Below, piece after piece: positions 35,981 through 44,033 of a stretch of 64,000 nt of DNA (positions are counted from its first letter, which is position 1; every line of letters begins with the position of its first letter). Under the pieces are notes generated by a model. The model was not told the DNA's origin, made no database searches, and worked only from the letters and a program-made list of their open reading frames with translations. Made by a program: the position numbers and the translations under genes. Where the stretch lies: positions 6,689 to 70,688 of the forward strand of contig CAVRRQ010000012.1 of the NCBI GenBank assembly GCA_963723595.1. Reading direction: 5' to 3'. This stretch comes from an uncultured Actinomycetes bacterium (GTDB lineage: Bacteria > Actinomycetota > Actinomycetes > Streptosporangiales > Streptosporangiaceae).

Positions 35981-37339
35981 TTAGCCCGCGGCCTTGGTGT
36001 GCGCGGCCAGGGCCGCGTCCACGAACTCCGCGGCCGCGCCCAGGTACCCGGCCGGGTCCAGGGCGGCCGTGATCTGCTCCGGGGTGACCCCGGCCTCGGC
36101 CAGCCTGCCGGCTTCCAGGCGGTCCTGCAGCGCCTCCCCCAGTGTCCGGCCGTCCGCCACAGCCGCGGCGGACGCCTCGGCCAGCAGGTCGTGAGCGGCG
36201 GTGCGGCCCAGCGCGGGTCCGAGCAGCGCCGCGACGTGCTCGGCCATCGGGAAACCGCCGGCCGCGTCGAGGTTGCGCCGCATCCGGGCCGGGTCCGGTT
36301 CCAGGCCGCCGGCCAGCTCCGCGGCCCAGGACGCGGCCGAGCCGGTGAGCCGGAGCAGGTCCGCCAGCGGCTCCCACTCGGCGTGCCACGCCCCGGCGGC
36401 CCGCTGGTGCTCCTGTTCCGCGGCGGCAGCGAGGGTGGCGATCAGCCCGGGGACCTGCCGGGTGCAGCCGAGCACGGCGATGGAGGCGACCGGGTTGCGC
36501 TTGTGCGGCATGGCGGACGACCCGCCGCGCCCGCCATTCCCGCCACCCTCACTGACCTCGCCCACCTCGGACTGGGCGAGCAGGGTGACGTCCCGGGCGA
36601 TCTTGCTGAGCGCCCCGGCCGCGCCCGCGCAGGCCCCGGCGATCTCAATGATCCGCAACCGGTCGGTGTGCCACGGAAGGGTGGGTGCCTGCAGGCCCAG
36701 CTCCGTGGCCAGCAGCGCCGCGACCTCGGGCCCGCGGTCCCCGAGCGCCGACAGGGTGCCCGCGGCCCCGCCGTACTGGACCGCGAGACGGCTGGCCGCC
36801 ACCCGGTCCAGCCCGGCCGCCACCTCGTCCAGGCTGGTCAGCCAGCCCGCCGCGACGAGGCCGAAGGTGACCGGCACGGCCTGCTGGAGCAGGGTCCGGC
36901 CGATCATGATGGTGTCCCGGTGCACCGCCGCCAGGCGGGCGGCCGCGCCGGACGCGGCGGCCAGGTCGTCCGAGATCACCCCCAGCGACTGGCGGGTGAG
37001 CAGCATGGCCGCGGTGTCCACGATGTCCTGGCTGGTCGCGCCCTGGTGCACCGCGCCCGCCGGGCCGGGGGGGAGCCGCCGGGTCAGCTCCCGGACCAGC
37101 GCCGGCACGGGGTTGCCGGTCAGCGCGGACTGCCGGCCCAGTTCCGCCGGGTCGAACGCCTCGGCCCGGGCCGCCGCGGTGACCGCCGCGCCCGCTCCAG
37201 GCGCGGCCATCCCGGCCTGCTCGAGCGCCCGGGCCAGGGCGGCCTCGGTGTCCAGCATCGCCTGAAGCCAGGCCTGGTCGGAGGTGTCCACGGCCCCACG
37301 GCCGAACACCCCGTCGAAGAGCCCCTGGGAAGTGTGCAC
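35981..37339 (-). CDS. pcaB: 3-carboxy-cis,cis-muconate cycloisomerase
   Basis: 452-aa intact ORF of the fumarase/lyase class-II fold, with the signature GSSAMPHKRNP, in pca context. Confidence 0.9.
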   Translation of the reverse strand: MHTSQGLFDGVFGRGAVDTSDQAWLQAMLDTEAALARALEQAGMAAPGAGAAVTAAARAEAFDPAELGRQSALTGNPVPALVRELTRRLPPGPAGAVHQGATSQDIVDTAAMLLTRQSLGVISDDLAAASGAAARLAAVHRDTIMIGRTLLQQAVPVTFGLVAAGWLTSLDEVAAGLDRVAASRLAVQYGGAAGTLSALGDRGPEVAALLATELGLQAPTLPWHTDRLRIIEIAGACAGAAGALSKIARDVTLLAQSEVGEVSEGGGNGGRGGSSAMPHKRNPVASIAVLGCTRQVPGLIATLAAAAEQEHQRAAGAWHAEWEPLADLLRLTGSAASWAAELAGGLEPDPARMRRNLDAAGGFPMAEHVAALLGPALGRTAAHDLLAEASAAAVADGRTLGEALQDRLEAGRLAEAGVTPEQITAALDPAGYLGAAAEFVDAALAAHTKAAG

Positions 37340-37464
37340 GCCTGCTCCTGCGAGAGTGCGCGAGTCATCCGGCCGCCTGCCCGGCCCACCCTAGCGGCCG
37401 GGCGTCCCCCGCAAAGATCCCGCAAAAATTCCGGCCCCGTCATGCAACGCTGCGTAGGCGACTG

Positions 37465-38043
37465 GTGCTCGTACGTGATGTGACTCGGGAGGCAGCCATT
37501 CTGGACGCAACGACGGATGCGGTGGAGACGACCCGGCAGGAAGAGTTCGGCCAGTTCATGGCCGCTCGCTGGGCGGGCCTGGTGCGGCTGGCCTACGGGC
37601 TGACCGGGGACCGATGGCTGGCCGAGGACGTGGCCCAGGCCGCGCTGGCCAGCGCCTACGCCGCCTGGTGGCGGGTGCGCCGGGCCGACGACCCGGACGC
37701 CTACGTGCGCCGCATCCTGGTCAACACGAGCAACCGGCGGTTCCGCCGCCGCCGGGTCACGGAGCACGCCCGGGAGCCAGCCGGGCTGCCGGACCGGGCG
37801 GTCGCCGACCCATCCGACCTGATCGGCGAGCGCTCGGCGCTGCTGTCGGCGCTCCGGGAACTGCCCGGCCGGCAGCGGGCGATCGTCGTGCTGCGGTACT
37901 GGGAGGACCTCAGCGACGCCCAGGTGGCCGCCGCGCTCGGCTGCACCGAGGGCACGGTCCGCAGCCAGGCCTCGCGTGCGCTGGCCAAGCTGCGCGGCAG
38001 CGCCGCGCTGGCCGACGGGGTGCCGGGACGGGGAGCAGCATGA
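37465..38043 (+). CDS. SigE-family ECF RNA polymerase sigma factor
   Basis: EFGQFMAARWAGLVRLAYGLTGDRWLAEDVAQAALASAY is region 2. LPGRQRAIVVLRYWEDLSDAQVAAALGCTEGTVRSQASRALAKLR is region 4. The start is uncertain: GTG 37465, 37480 or 37522. Confidence 0.85.
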   Translation: MLVRDVTREAAILDATTDAVETTRQEEFGQFMAARWAGLVRLAYGLTGDRWLAEDVAQAALASAYAAWWRVRRADDPDAYVRRILVNTSNRRFRRRRVTEHAREPAGLPDRAVADPSDLIGERSALLSALRELPGRQRAIVVLRYWEDLSDAQVAAALGCTEGTVRSQASRALAKLRGSAALADGVPGRGAA

Positions 38044-39335
38044 CGGCCCCCGGCGAACCGCGAAGCCAGCACCCCGGAGAACGGAGCACCAGACCCGTGA
38101 GCATCCTCGACGAGCAGGTCCTCAGCCAGCGGCTGCACGAGGATCTTGACGCCCTGGCCGCCCCGCCCGCGCCGGTCGGCTCGGTGCGCCGCCGCGGCCG
38201 GGCGATACGGGCCCGGCGCTGGGCCGCGGCCGCGTCCGGGCTGGTGGCCGGGGCGGCCGCCGTCGCCGTCGTGGTGTCGGCCCAGACCGGCGCCCCGGCC
38301 CCCCGCCCGGCGGCCGCCCAGACCGGCGCCGCGACCAGCAGCCCGGGCCCGGCCCGGACATCGTCGCCCCCGGGGATCCTGAACTCAGCCCCGCCGCCGG
38401 GCGGGGCCATGTTCGCCGCGGGCACGGCCGGCGGCGCGGCCTGGCAGCTGTCGCTGCGCGACATCGCGGGCCCCGGATCCAGCTGCCTGCCCGCGGTCAT
38501 GCTCAACGGCACCGACGGCGACCTGCTCTCCATCCCGGCGAACGTCACCAACGGCATCATCAGCACCGCGTTCCTTGGCAACGCGCCTGGCCACCTGGGC
38601 ACCGGCTATGCGGCCCTGCAGGTCGGCCCCGCCGTGACCCGCCTCACCACGACTTTCCGCAACGGAACCACCCTGACCGTGCATCCCGTGCCCCTGCGTG
38701 CGTGCGGCCAGCAGCTGCACCTGGCGGGGTTCGCCTACCCGGCCTCCGGGGTGGCCCGGATCACCGCGTACTCCGGCGGCCAGCTGGCGTCGATGGCCCG
38801 GGAGACCGTGCCGGCCAGCATGTTCTCCGGCCCGGATTCCGCCGGCTCCGCCACCGGGCAGCCGGCCCTGCGCCTGGTGCCCGGGGTCTGGGAGCACATG
38901 GGCGCCACGCCGGCCGCCACGGCTTCCGGCGTGATCGGCTCGGGACAGGCTGGTGGCGGGCGCTGGCGGGTGACGGTGACCCTGGGTGCCGCGGGTGAGT
39001 GCTTCGCCGGATCCTCGTTCGGCGCCAGCAGCTACAGCAGCGGCTCCGCCTGCCAGCCGATCGGGCTGCCGCCGGCCACGGCCGTGCTGCGCCCCCTGGT
39101 GTTCGCCGCGCAGACCCGCCTGGCCGGCTACGGCGGCCTGGTCAGCCCGCGGACCGCCACCGTGACCGCGACCCTGTCCAGCGGCACGACCGAGCGGATC
39201 ACCCCGGTCACCGTCGGCGGGCGGCGCTACCTGGCCCTGGCGCTGCCGTCCGGCACCACGCTGACCCGGCTGACGCTGGACGATACGGCCGGGCGCGCGT
39301 TCGCCACGCTGACGTCCATCCCGCCGGCCGGCTGA
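38040..39335 (+). CDS. single-pass membrane protein with large extracytoplasmic domain (putative partner/anti-sigma of the ECF sigma)
   Basis: ATG 38040 overlaps the sigma stop (ATGA). It has a cytoplasmic segment of about 60 aa, the TM helix AAAASGLVAGAAAVAVVVSA, a Pro/Ala linker, and a domain of about 330 aa. No zf-HC2 motif was seen. Confidence 0.6.
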   Translation: MTAPGEPRSQHPGERSTRPVSILDEQVLSQRLHEDLDALAAPPAPVGSVRRRGRAIRARRWAAAASGLVAGAAAVAVVVSAQTGAPAPRPAAAQTGAATSSPGPARTSSPPGILNSAPPPGGAMFAAGTAGGAAWQLSLRDIAGPGSSCLPAVMLNGTDGDLLSIPANVTNGIISTAFLGNAPGHLGTGYAALQVGPAVTRLTTTFRNGTTLTVHPVPLRACGQQLHLAGFAYPASGVARITAYSGGQLASMARETVPASMFSGPDSAGSATGQPALRLVPGVWEHMGATPAATASGVIGSGQAGGGRWRVTVTLGAAGECFAGSSFGASSYSSGSACQPIGLPPATAVLRPLVFAAQTRLAGYGGLVSPRTATVTATLSSGTTERITPVTVGGRRYLALALPSGTTLTRLTLDDTAGRAFATLTSIPPAG

Positions 39336-39411
39336 GCCGCGCACCCGCCGATCCGGGCAGGCGGAGAATCCGCTGCCCACCGCGGGGACTTCGTGGCTTA
39401 TCGTCAGCTGT

Positions 39412-40770
39412 ATGACCGTGCAATCGCCTCTTCCGGGCGGACCGGGCCTGGCCCAGGTGCGCCGCCTCGTCACCGAGATCCCCGGACCGTGCTCACGCGA
39501 GCTGCTGGCCCGCCGCGAGGCCACCGTGGCCCGCGGGGTCAGCCACGTCCTCCCCGTGTTCATCAGCGCCGCGGGCGGCGGCGTCCTCATCGACGTCGAC
39601 GGCAACTCCCTGATCGACTTCGGCTCCGGGATCGCGGTGACGTCGGTGGGCAACAGCGCCCCCCGCGTCGCGGCCGCGATCCGTGAGCAGGCCGAGCGGT
39701 TCACCCACACCTGCTTCATGGTCACCCCGTACGAGGAGTACGTGTCGGTCTGCGAGGAACTCACCCGGCTGACCCCCGGCGACCACGACAAGCGTTCCGC
39801 GCTGTTCAACTCCGGGGCGGAAGCGGTGGAGAACGCCGTCAAGATCGCCAGGCATGCCACCGGCCGGCCTGCGATCATCGCGTTCGACCACGCCTACCAC
39901 GGCCGGACCAACCTGACCATGGCGCTGACCGCGAAGAACATGCCGTACAAGGACAAGTTCGGGCCGTTCGCCGGGGAGATCTACCGGATGCCGATGGCCT
40001 ACCCGCTGCGCTGGCCGGGCGGCCCGGAGGCGTGCGCGGCGAACGCGCTCGACGTGATCACCGGGCTCATTCACACCCAGGTGGGTGAGGACAACGTGGC
40101 CGCGGTGCTCATCGAGCCGATCCAGGGCGAGGGCGGCTTCATCGTGCCGCCGGACGGCTTCCTGCCCGGGCTGGCCGAGTTCTGCCGGGAGCACGGCATC
40201 CTGCTCATCGCCGACGAGATCCAGAGCGGGTTCTGCCGGACCGGCGACTGGTTCGCCTGCGACCACGAGGGGGTCGTGCCCGACCTGGTCACCATGGCCA
40301 AGGGGATCGCCGGCGGCCTGCCGCTGGCGGCCGTCACCGGCCGGGCCGAGATCATGGACTCGGTGCACGTGGGCGGCCTCGGCGGCACCTACGGCGGGAA
40401 CCCGGTGGCCTGCGCGGCCGCCCTGGGGGCCATCGAGACCATGGCGGCCGAGGACCTGCCCGGCCGCGCCCGCCGGATCGGCGAGATCATGCTGCCCCGC
40501 CTGCACAAGCTCGCCGAGGCCTATCCGGTCATCGGTGACGTGCGCGGACGCGGTGCGATGATCGCCATCGAGCTGGTCCGCCCGGGGTCGCTCGAGCCGG
40601 CCGCGGATACCGCGGGACAGGTGGCCAAGGCCTGCCACGCCGCGGGCCTGGTCGTGCTGACCTGCGGGACGTTCGGGAACGTGCTGCGGCTCCTGCCCCC
40701 GCTGGTCATCGGGGAGCAGTTGCTCGAGGAGGGCCTGTCCATCGTGGAGGACGCCTTCGCCGTGCTCTGA
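39412..40770 (+). CDS. gabT: 4-aminobutyrate--2-oxoglutarate transaminase
   Basis: 452-aa intact class-III aminotransferase: FNSGAEAVENAVKIAR, LIADEIQSGFCRTG, VTMAKGIAGGLPL. The overall layout is typical of GabT. Confidence 0.88.
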   Translation: MTVQSPLPGGPGLAQVRRLVTEIPGPCSRELLARREATVARGVSHVLPVFISAAGGGVLIDVDGNSLIDFGSGIAVTSVGNSAPRVAAAIREQAERFTHTCFMVTPYEEYVSVCEELTRLTPGDHDKRSALFNSGAEAVENAVKIARHATGRPAIIAFDHAYHGRTNLTMALTAKNMPYKDKFGPFAGEIYRMPMAYPLRWPGGPEACAANALDVITGLIHTQVGEDNVAAVLIEPIQGEGGFIVPPDGFLPGLAEFCREHGILLIADEIQSGFCRTGDWFACDHEGVVPDLVTMAKGIAGGLPLAAVTGRAEIMDSVHVGGLGGTYGGNPVACAAALGAIETMAAEDLPGRARRIGEIMLPRLHKLAEAYPVIGDVRGRGAMIAIELVRPGSLEPAADTAGQVAKACHAAGLVVLTCGTFGNVLRLLPPLVIGEQLLEEGLSIVEDAFAVL

Positions 40771-40788
40771 CCCGGTTCCCGAACCCGT

Positions 40789-40818
40789 CAAGCCACCAGG
40801 CCCTGGCCTGGTGGCTTG
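40789..40818 (+). terminator. perfect 14-bp inverted repeat after gabT
   Basis: CAAGCCACCAGGCC / GGCCTGGTGGCTTG (40789-40802 and 40805-40818), 19 nt after the gabT stop. Confidence 0.65.
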
Positions 40819-40826
40819 ATCGCTAT

Positions 40827-41180
40827 ATGACCATTCTGAACGCCATCCGCGCGGACGCCCCGAACGCCCGGGTCGTGGTCATGGACTACCCGGAGCTCTA
40901 CGACCTGTCCCGCTCCTCGTCCTGCATCGGCCTGAGCACCACCGACCGGACCGATCTCAACCAGGGCGCGGACCAGCTGGACAGCCAGATCCAGGCGGCC
41001 GCGGCCCGGCACGGTGACGTGTTCGCCGACGTGCGGGGGGCCTACAGCGGCCACGAGATCTGCGACTCAGGCAGCTGGCTGCACTCGGTCAACGTCCTGG
41101 ACGTCTCGGAGTCCTACCACCCGACGGCGGCCGGCCAGTCCGGCGGCTACTATCCGGTGTTCAGCGCCGCCGCCGGCTGA
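40827..41180 (+). pseudogene. C-terminal half of an SGNH/GDSL hydrolase (N-terminal catalytic Ser block missing)
   Basis: ARVVVMDYPELYD...GADQLDSQIQAAAARHGDVFADVRGAYSGHEICDSGSWLHSV...YHPTAAGQSGGYYPV carries SGNH blocks III and V only (DxxH-like: SESYHPT). The ORF begins immediately after the gabT terminator. Confidence 0.6.
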
Positions 41181-41202
41181 TCCCGGGCGGCAACCGGGCT
41201 GG

Positions 41203-42030
41203 CTACCAGGTGGGGATGGGCGGGGTTAACGGAATCTCGCCCACCTTGGGGGTGCGGGTCGGGGTCAGGCCGGCCTGCCGGGCCAGGTCGGCGAACTCGG
41301 CCGAGTTGACTACGGCGGCCCCGCCCGGGTCGTTGTTGAAGTAGACGTACATGTCGGCCCGGCTGAGGTGTGCCTCCTTGATCCGGTCCACCCACGAGCG
41401 GAGCGCCTCCTCGCCGTAGCGGGGCCACGGGTCCGCGGCACCCTCGTGAAACCGCAGGAATCCCCAGCTGGCCGTCCGCCACAGCGGCGTGACGGGCCGC
41501 CCGAGCCGGTCCGCCCAGCACAACGCGGCATCATGACCGGCCAGGATCTCCCGCACCTCGTCCGTCCACCACGACTCGTGCCGCGGCTCCACCACGATGC
41601 GCAGCACCTCCGGCCCATCCCCCCGGACCGCGGGCCAGGCATCCCGGAATTCCTTCAGGCCCGCATCCAGCAGCCCCGGCTCCGCGGTGAAGGTGGGGGG
41701 CAACTGAAGCAGGATCGGCCCCAGCTTCGGGCCCAGCCCCGCAGCCACCCCGAGCAGCCGCGCCACCGGCTCCCCCGGATCGCGCAGCTTCCTGACGTGG
41801 GTGAGGTACCGGCTGGCCTTGACCGCCATCACGAAGTCGTCCGGCGTCCTCTCCCGCCACCCCTCGAACGTCTTCCGCGCGGGCAGCCGGTAAAACGTGC
41901 CGTTATTTTCCACGGTCATGTACTGCGTGGCGTAGTGCTCCAGCCACCGCCGCTGGGCCACCCCTTTCGGATAGAGGCCGTCCCGCCAGTCGCGGTACTG
42001 CCACCCAGAGGTCCCCACGAGAACAGGCAT
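41203..42030 (-). CDS. DUF72 domain-containing protein
   Basis: ATG 42030. MPVLVGTSGWQYRDWRDGLYPKG...ENNGTFYRLP...LLQLPPTF is the DUF72 signature. Confidence 0.85.
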   Translation of the reverse strand: MPVLVGTSGWQYRDWRDGLYPKGVAQRRWLEHYATQYMTVENNGTFYRLPARKTFEGWRERTPDDFVMAVKASRYLTHVRKLRDPGEPVARLLGVAAGLGPKLGPILLQLPPTFTAEPGLLDAGLKEFRDAWPAVRGDGPEVLRIVVEPRHESWWTDEVREILAGHDAALCWADRLGRPVTPLWRTASWGFLRFHEGAADPWPRYGEEALRSWVDRIKEAHLSRADMYVYFNNDPGGAAVVNSAEFADLARQAGLTPTRTPKVGEIPLTPPIPTW

Positions 42031-42080
42031 GCCCTGGAAGTACCCCCCGCCCGCAAGACATGCGCCCGGCATCCCCGCCA

Positions 42081-43235
42081 TCAGGACTGCGCGGCTCCTT
42101 CGTGCTCCCCCTCGGGGGCGCCGGTGAAGAAGTCGATGAGGCCGAACGGTGCGCGGTCGCCGAGGCAGAGCTCCAGGATCTCGTGTGCGTCCGCGGCCTC
42201 GGACTCGCTGCGCGGGAACATTGCCTCTTCGTAGGCGGTGAGGGCCGTTTCGATGTCGCCGGGGTGCGCGGTGATCGCCGTCCCGAGTTCTGCACCATCG
42301 AACATCGCCAGGTTCGCGCCCTCGCCGGACGGCGGCATCAGGTGCGCGGCATCACCGAGGAGCGTCACCCCCGGTACGCGGTCCCATCGGTGTCCATCCG
42401 GGAGCGCGTAGATCATGCGCGGGATCGGCGCGGTCTCGCCGTCGGTGATCAGCGCGGTGAGCTCCGGCGCCCACCCGTCGAACTCGGCCGCGACCCGGGC
42501 AGTCGCGGCGGCGGCGTCGGTGAAGTCGATGCCGGCGATCCACCCGGCGGGGCGGTTCAGCTCGACGTACGTGTGCAGGATGTTCCCCGCCTCGCGGTGT
42601 GCGACGATCCCCTTTCCCGGGGCGAGCGCGTACATCGCGCCGCCGCCGACCGTTTCGGCCGCCGCGGGGTGCCGCTCGTCGGCGTCGTCCAGGTAGGTCT
42701 CGATGAAGGTGGTGCCGACGTACTGCGGCCTGGCGCCGGAGAGCAGCGGGCGGATCTTCGACCAGGCGCCGTCGGCACCGACGAGGAGGCTGGTGGTCAC
42801 GGCCGGCCCGTCGGCGAAGGTCAGCTCGTGCCGGCCGTCGCCCAGGGACTGGACACCGGTGACCTTGCGCCCCCACTGGATCATCTCGCCGGGCAGGGAG
42901 CCGACCAGGATCCGCCGCAGGTCGCCGCGGAGCACCTCGGGACGCCCGGCCGTGCCGTCGTCGGGATCCTCGAGCAGCACCGCGCCATGCGGATCGAGCA
43001 TGCGCGTGGCCTCGCCACCCTCGTGGATGATCGCGCGGAACTCGGCGGTAAGGCCGGCCGCTTCGAGCGCGAGCTGCCCGTTGTGCTCGTGGATGTCGAG
43101 CTGGCCGCCCTGCGTGCGGGCCTCCGCCGCGGGCTCCGCCTCGTAGATCGTCGCGGGGATGCCGTGGACATGGAGGACGCGGGCGAGGGTGAGGCCGCCC
43201 AGGCCCGCACCGACGATCGTGACTGGTGCCGTCAT
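42081..43235 (-). CDS. FAD-dependent monooxygenase, Tet(X)/tetracycline-destructase-like architecture
   Basis: 384 aa. VTIVGAGLGGLTLARVL, QGGQLDIHEHNGQLALEAAGL, LLVGADGAWSKIR and LLGDAAHLMPPSGEGANLAMFDG parallel the conserved blocks of Tet(X)-type flavoenzymes. Confidence 0.75.
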   Translation of the reverse strand: MTAPVTIVGAGLGGLTLARVLHVHGIPATIYEAEPAAEARTQGGQLDIHEHNGQLALEAAGLTAEFRAIIHEGGEATRMLDPHGAVLLEDPDDGTAGRPEVLRGDLRRILVGSLPGEMIQWGRKVTGVQSLGDGRHELTFADGPAVTTSLLVGADGAWSKIRPLLSGARPQYVGTTFIETYLDDADERHPAAAETVGGGAMYALAPGKGIVAHREAGNILHTYVELNRPAGWIAGIDFTDAAAATARVAAEFDGWAPELTALITDGETAPIPRMIYALPDGHRWDRVPGVTLLGDAAHLMPPSGEGANLAMFDGAELGTAITAHPGDIETALTAYEEAMFPRSESEAADAHEILELCLGDRAPFGLIDFFTGAPEGEHEGAAQS

Positions 43236-43257
43236 GATGCTCCTTCCACCAGCTGGC

Positions 43258-43298
43258 TGGAACGCTGTTCCATAAACTTATCTTGGAACATTGTTCCA
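43258..43298. promoter_or_regulatory. twin 15-bp palindromes TGGAAC-N3-GTTCCA in the TetR/monooxygenase divergent region
   Basis: TGGAACGCTGTTCCA (43258-43272) and TGGAACATTGTTCCA (43284-43298), 26 bp centre to centre. They lie between start codons at 43235 (minus) and 43318 (plus). Confidence 0.7.
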
Positions 43299-43317
43299 AG
43301 CGTGTCAAGATGTGCTC

Positions 43318-43989
43318 ATGGCGGCCAAGACGCAGCGGACCGAACGGCGCACGGACGCGCTGTCGAAGGAGCGGATCGTCGAGGCCGCGATCGGGATCCT
43401 CGACGCCGACGGCGAGAGCGCCCTGACCTTCCGCGCGCTCACGGCGCGCCTGGCCACCGGGAGCGGGGCTATCTACTGGCACGTCGCCAGCAAGGACGAT
43501 CTGCTCGCGGCGACCACCGACCACGTCATCGCCCGGGTCATGACCGAGGTGGTCAGCGGGGCGGAGCCGCGGGAGGCGATCCGTGCCATTGCCCTGGGGG
43601 TGTTCGACGCGATCGACGCCCACCCGTGGGTGGGCGCCCAGCTCTCCCGTGAGCCGTGGCAGTCCGCGGTGCTGCAGATCTTCGAAAGCGTCGGCGGGCA
43701 GCTCCAGGCGCTCGGCGTCCCCGCGCGGGCGCAGTTCGACTGCGCGTCCGCGCTCGTGAACTACGTCCTCGGCCTCGCCGGACAGTACGCCGCGGGCGCC
43801 CGCCTCCTCGCGCGCGACACGGACCGATCGGCCTTCCTCGCGACCGTCGCCGGACAGTGGGCGCAGCTCGACCCCGCGGAGTACCCATTCATCCGCCAGG
43901 TGGCGGCGCAGCTGCCCGGGCACGACGACCGCCAGCAATTCCTGGCCGGCATCGACCTCATCCTGGCTGGCATCAGAACCGTCCGATAG
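43318..43989 (+). CDS. TetR/AcrR family transcriptional regulator (tetracycline-repressor-like C-terminal domain)
   Basis: ATG 43318. RIVEAAIGILDADGESALTFRALTARLATGSGAIYWHVASKDDLL is the TetR HTH. Confidence 0.88.
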   Translation: MAAKTQRTERRTDALSKERIVEAAIGILDADGESALTFRALTARLATGSGAIYWHVASKDDLLAATTDHVIARVMTEVVSGAEPREAIRAIALGVFDAIDAHPWVGAQLSREPWQSAVLQIFESVGGQLQALGVPARAQFDCASALVNYVLGLAGQYAAGARLLARDTDRSAFLATVAGQWAQLDPAEYPFIRQVAAQLPGHDDRQQFLAGIDLILAGIRTVR

Positions 43990-44000
43990 ACGGTCCCGCA

Positions 44001-44023
44001 CCGTGCCCGGCTCCCGGGCACGG
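44001..44023. terminator. 10-bp perfect hairpin between convergent TetR and mmsA genes
   Basis: CCGTGCCCGG-CTC-CCGGGCACGG. Confidence 0.55.
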
Positions 44024-44033
44024 ACACGGAGGA

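Noticed and set aside
37340-37464. An ECF-type promoter (GGAAC-like -35 with CGT-like -10) upstream of the sigma factor gene.
   Set aside because: I could not find a convincing pair at appropriate spacing. The motifs TGCAAC and CGTAGG are too close together.
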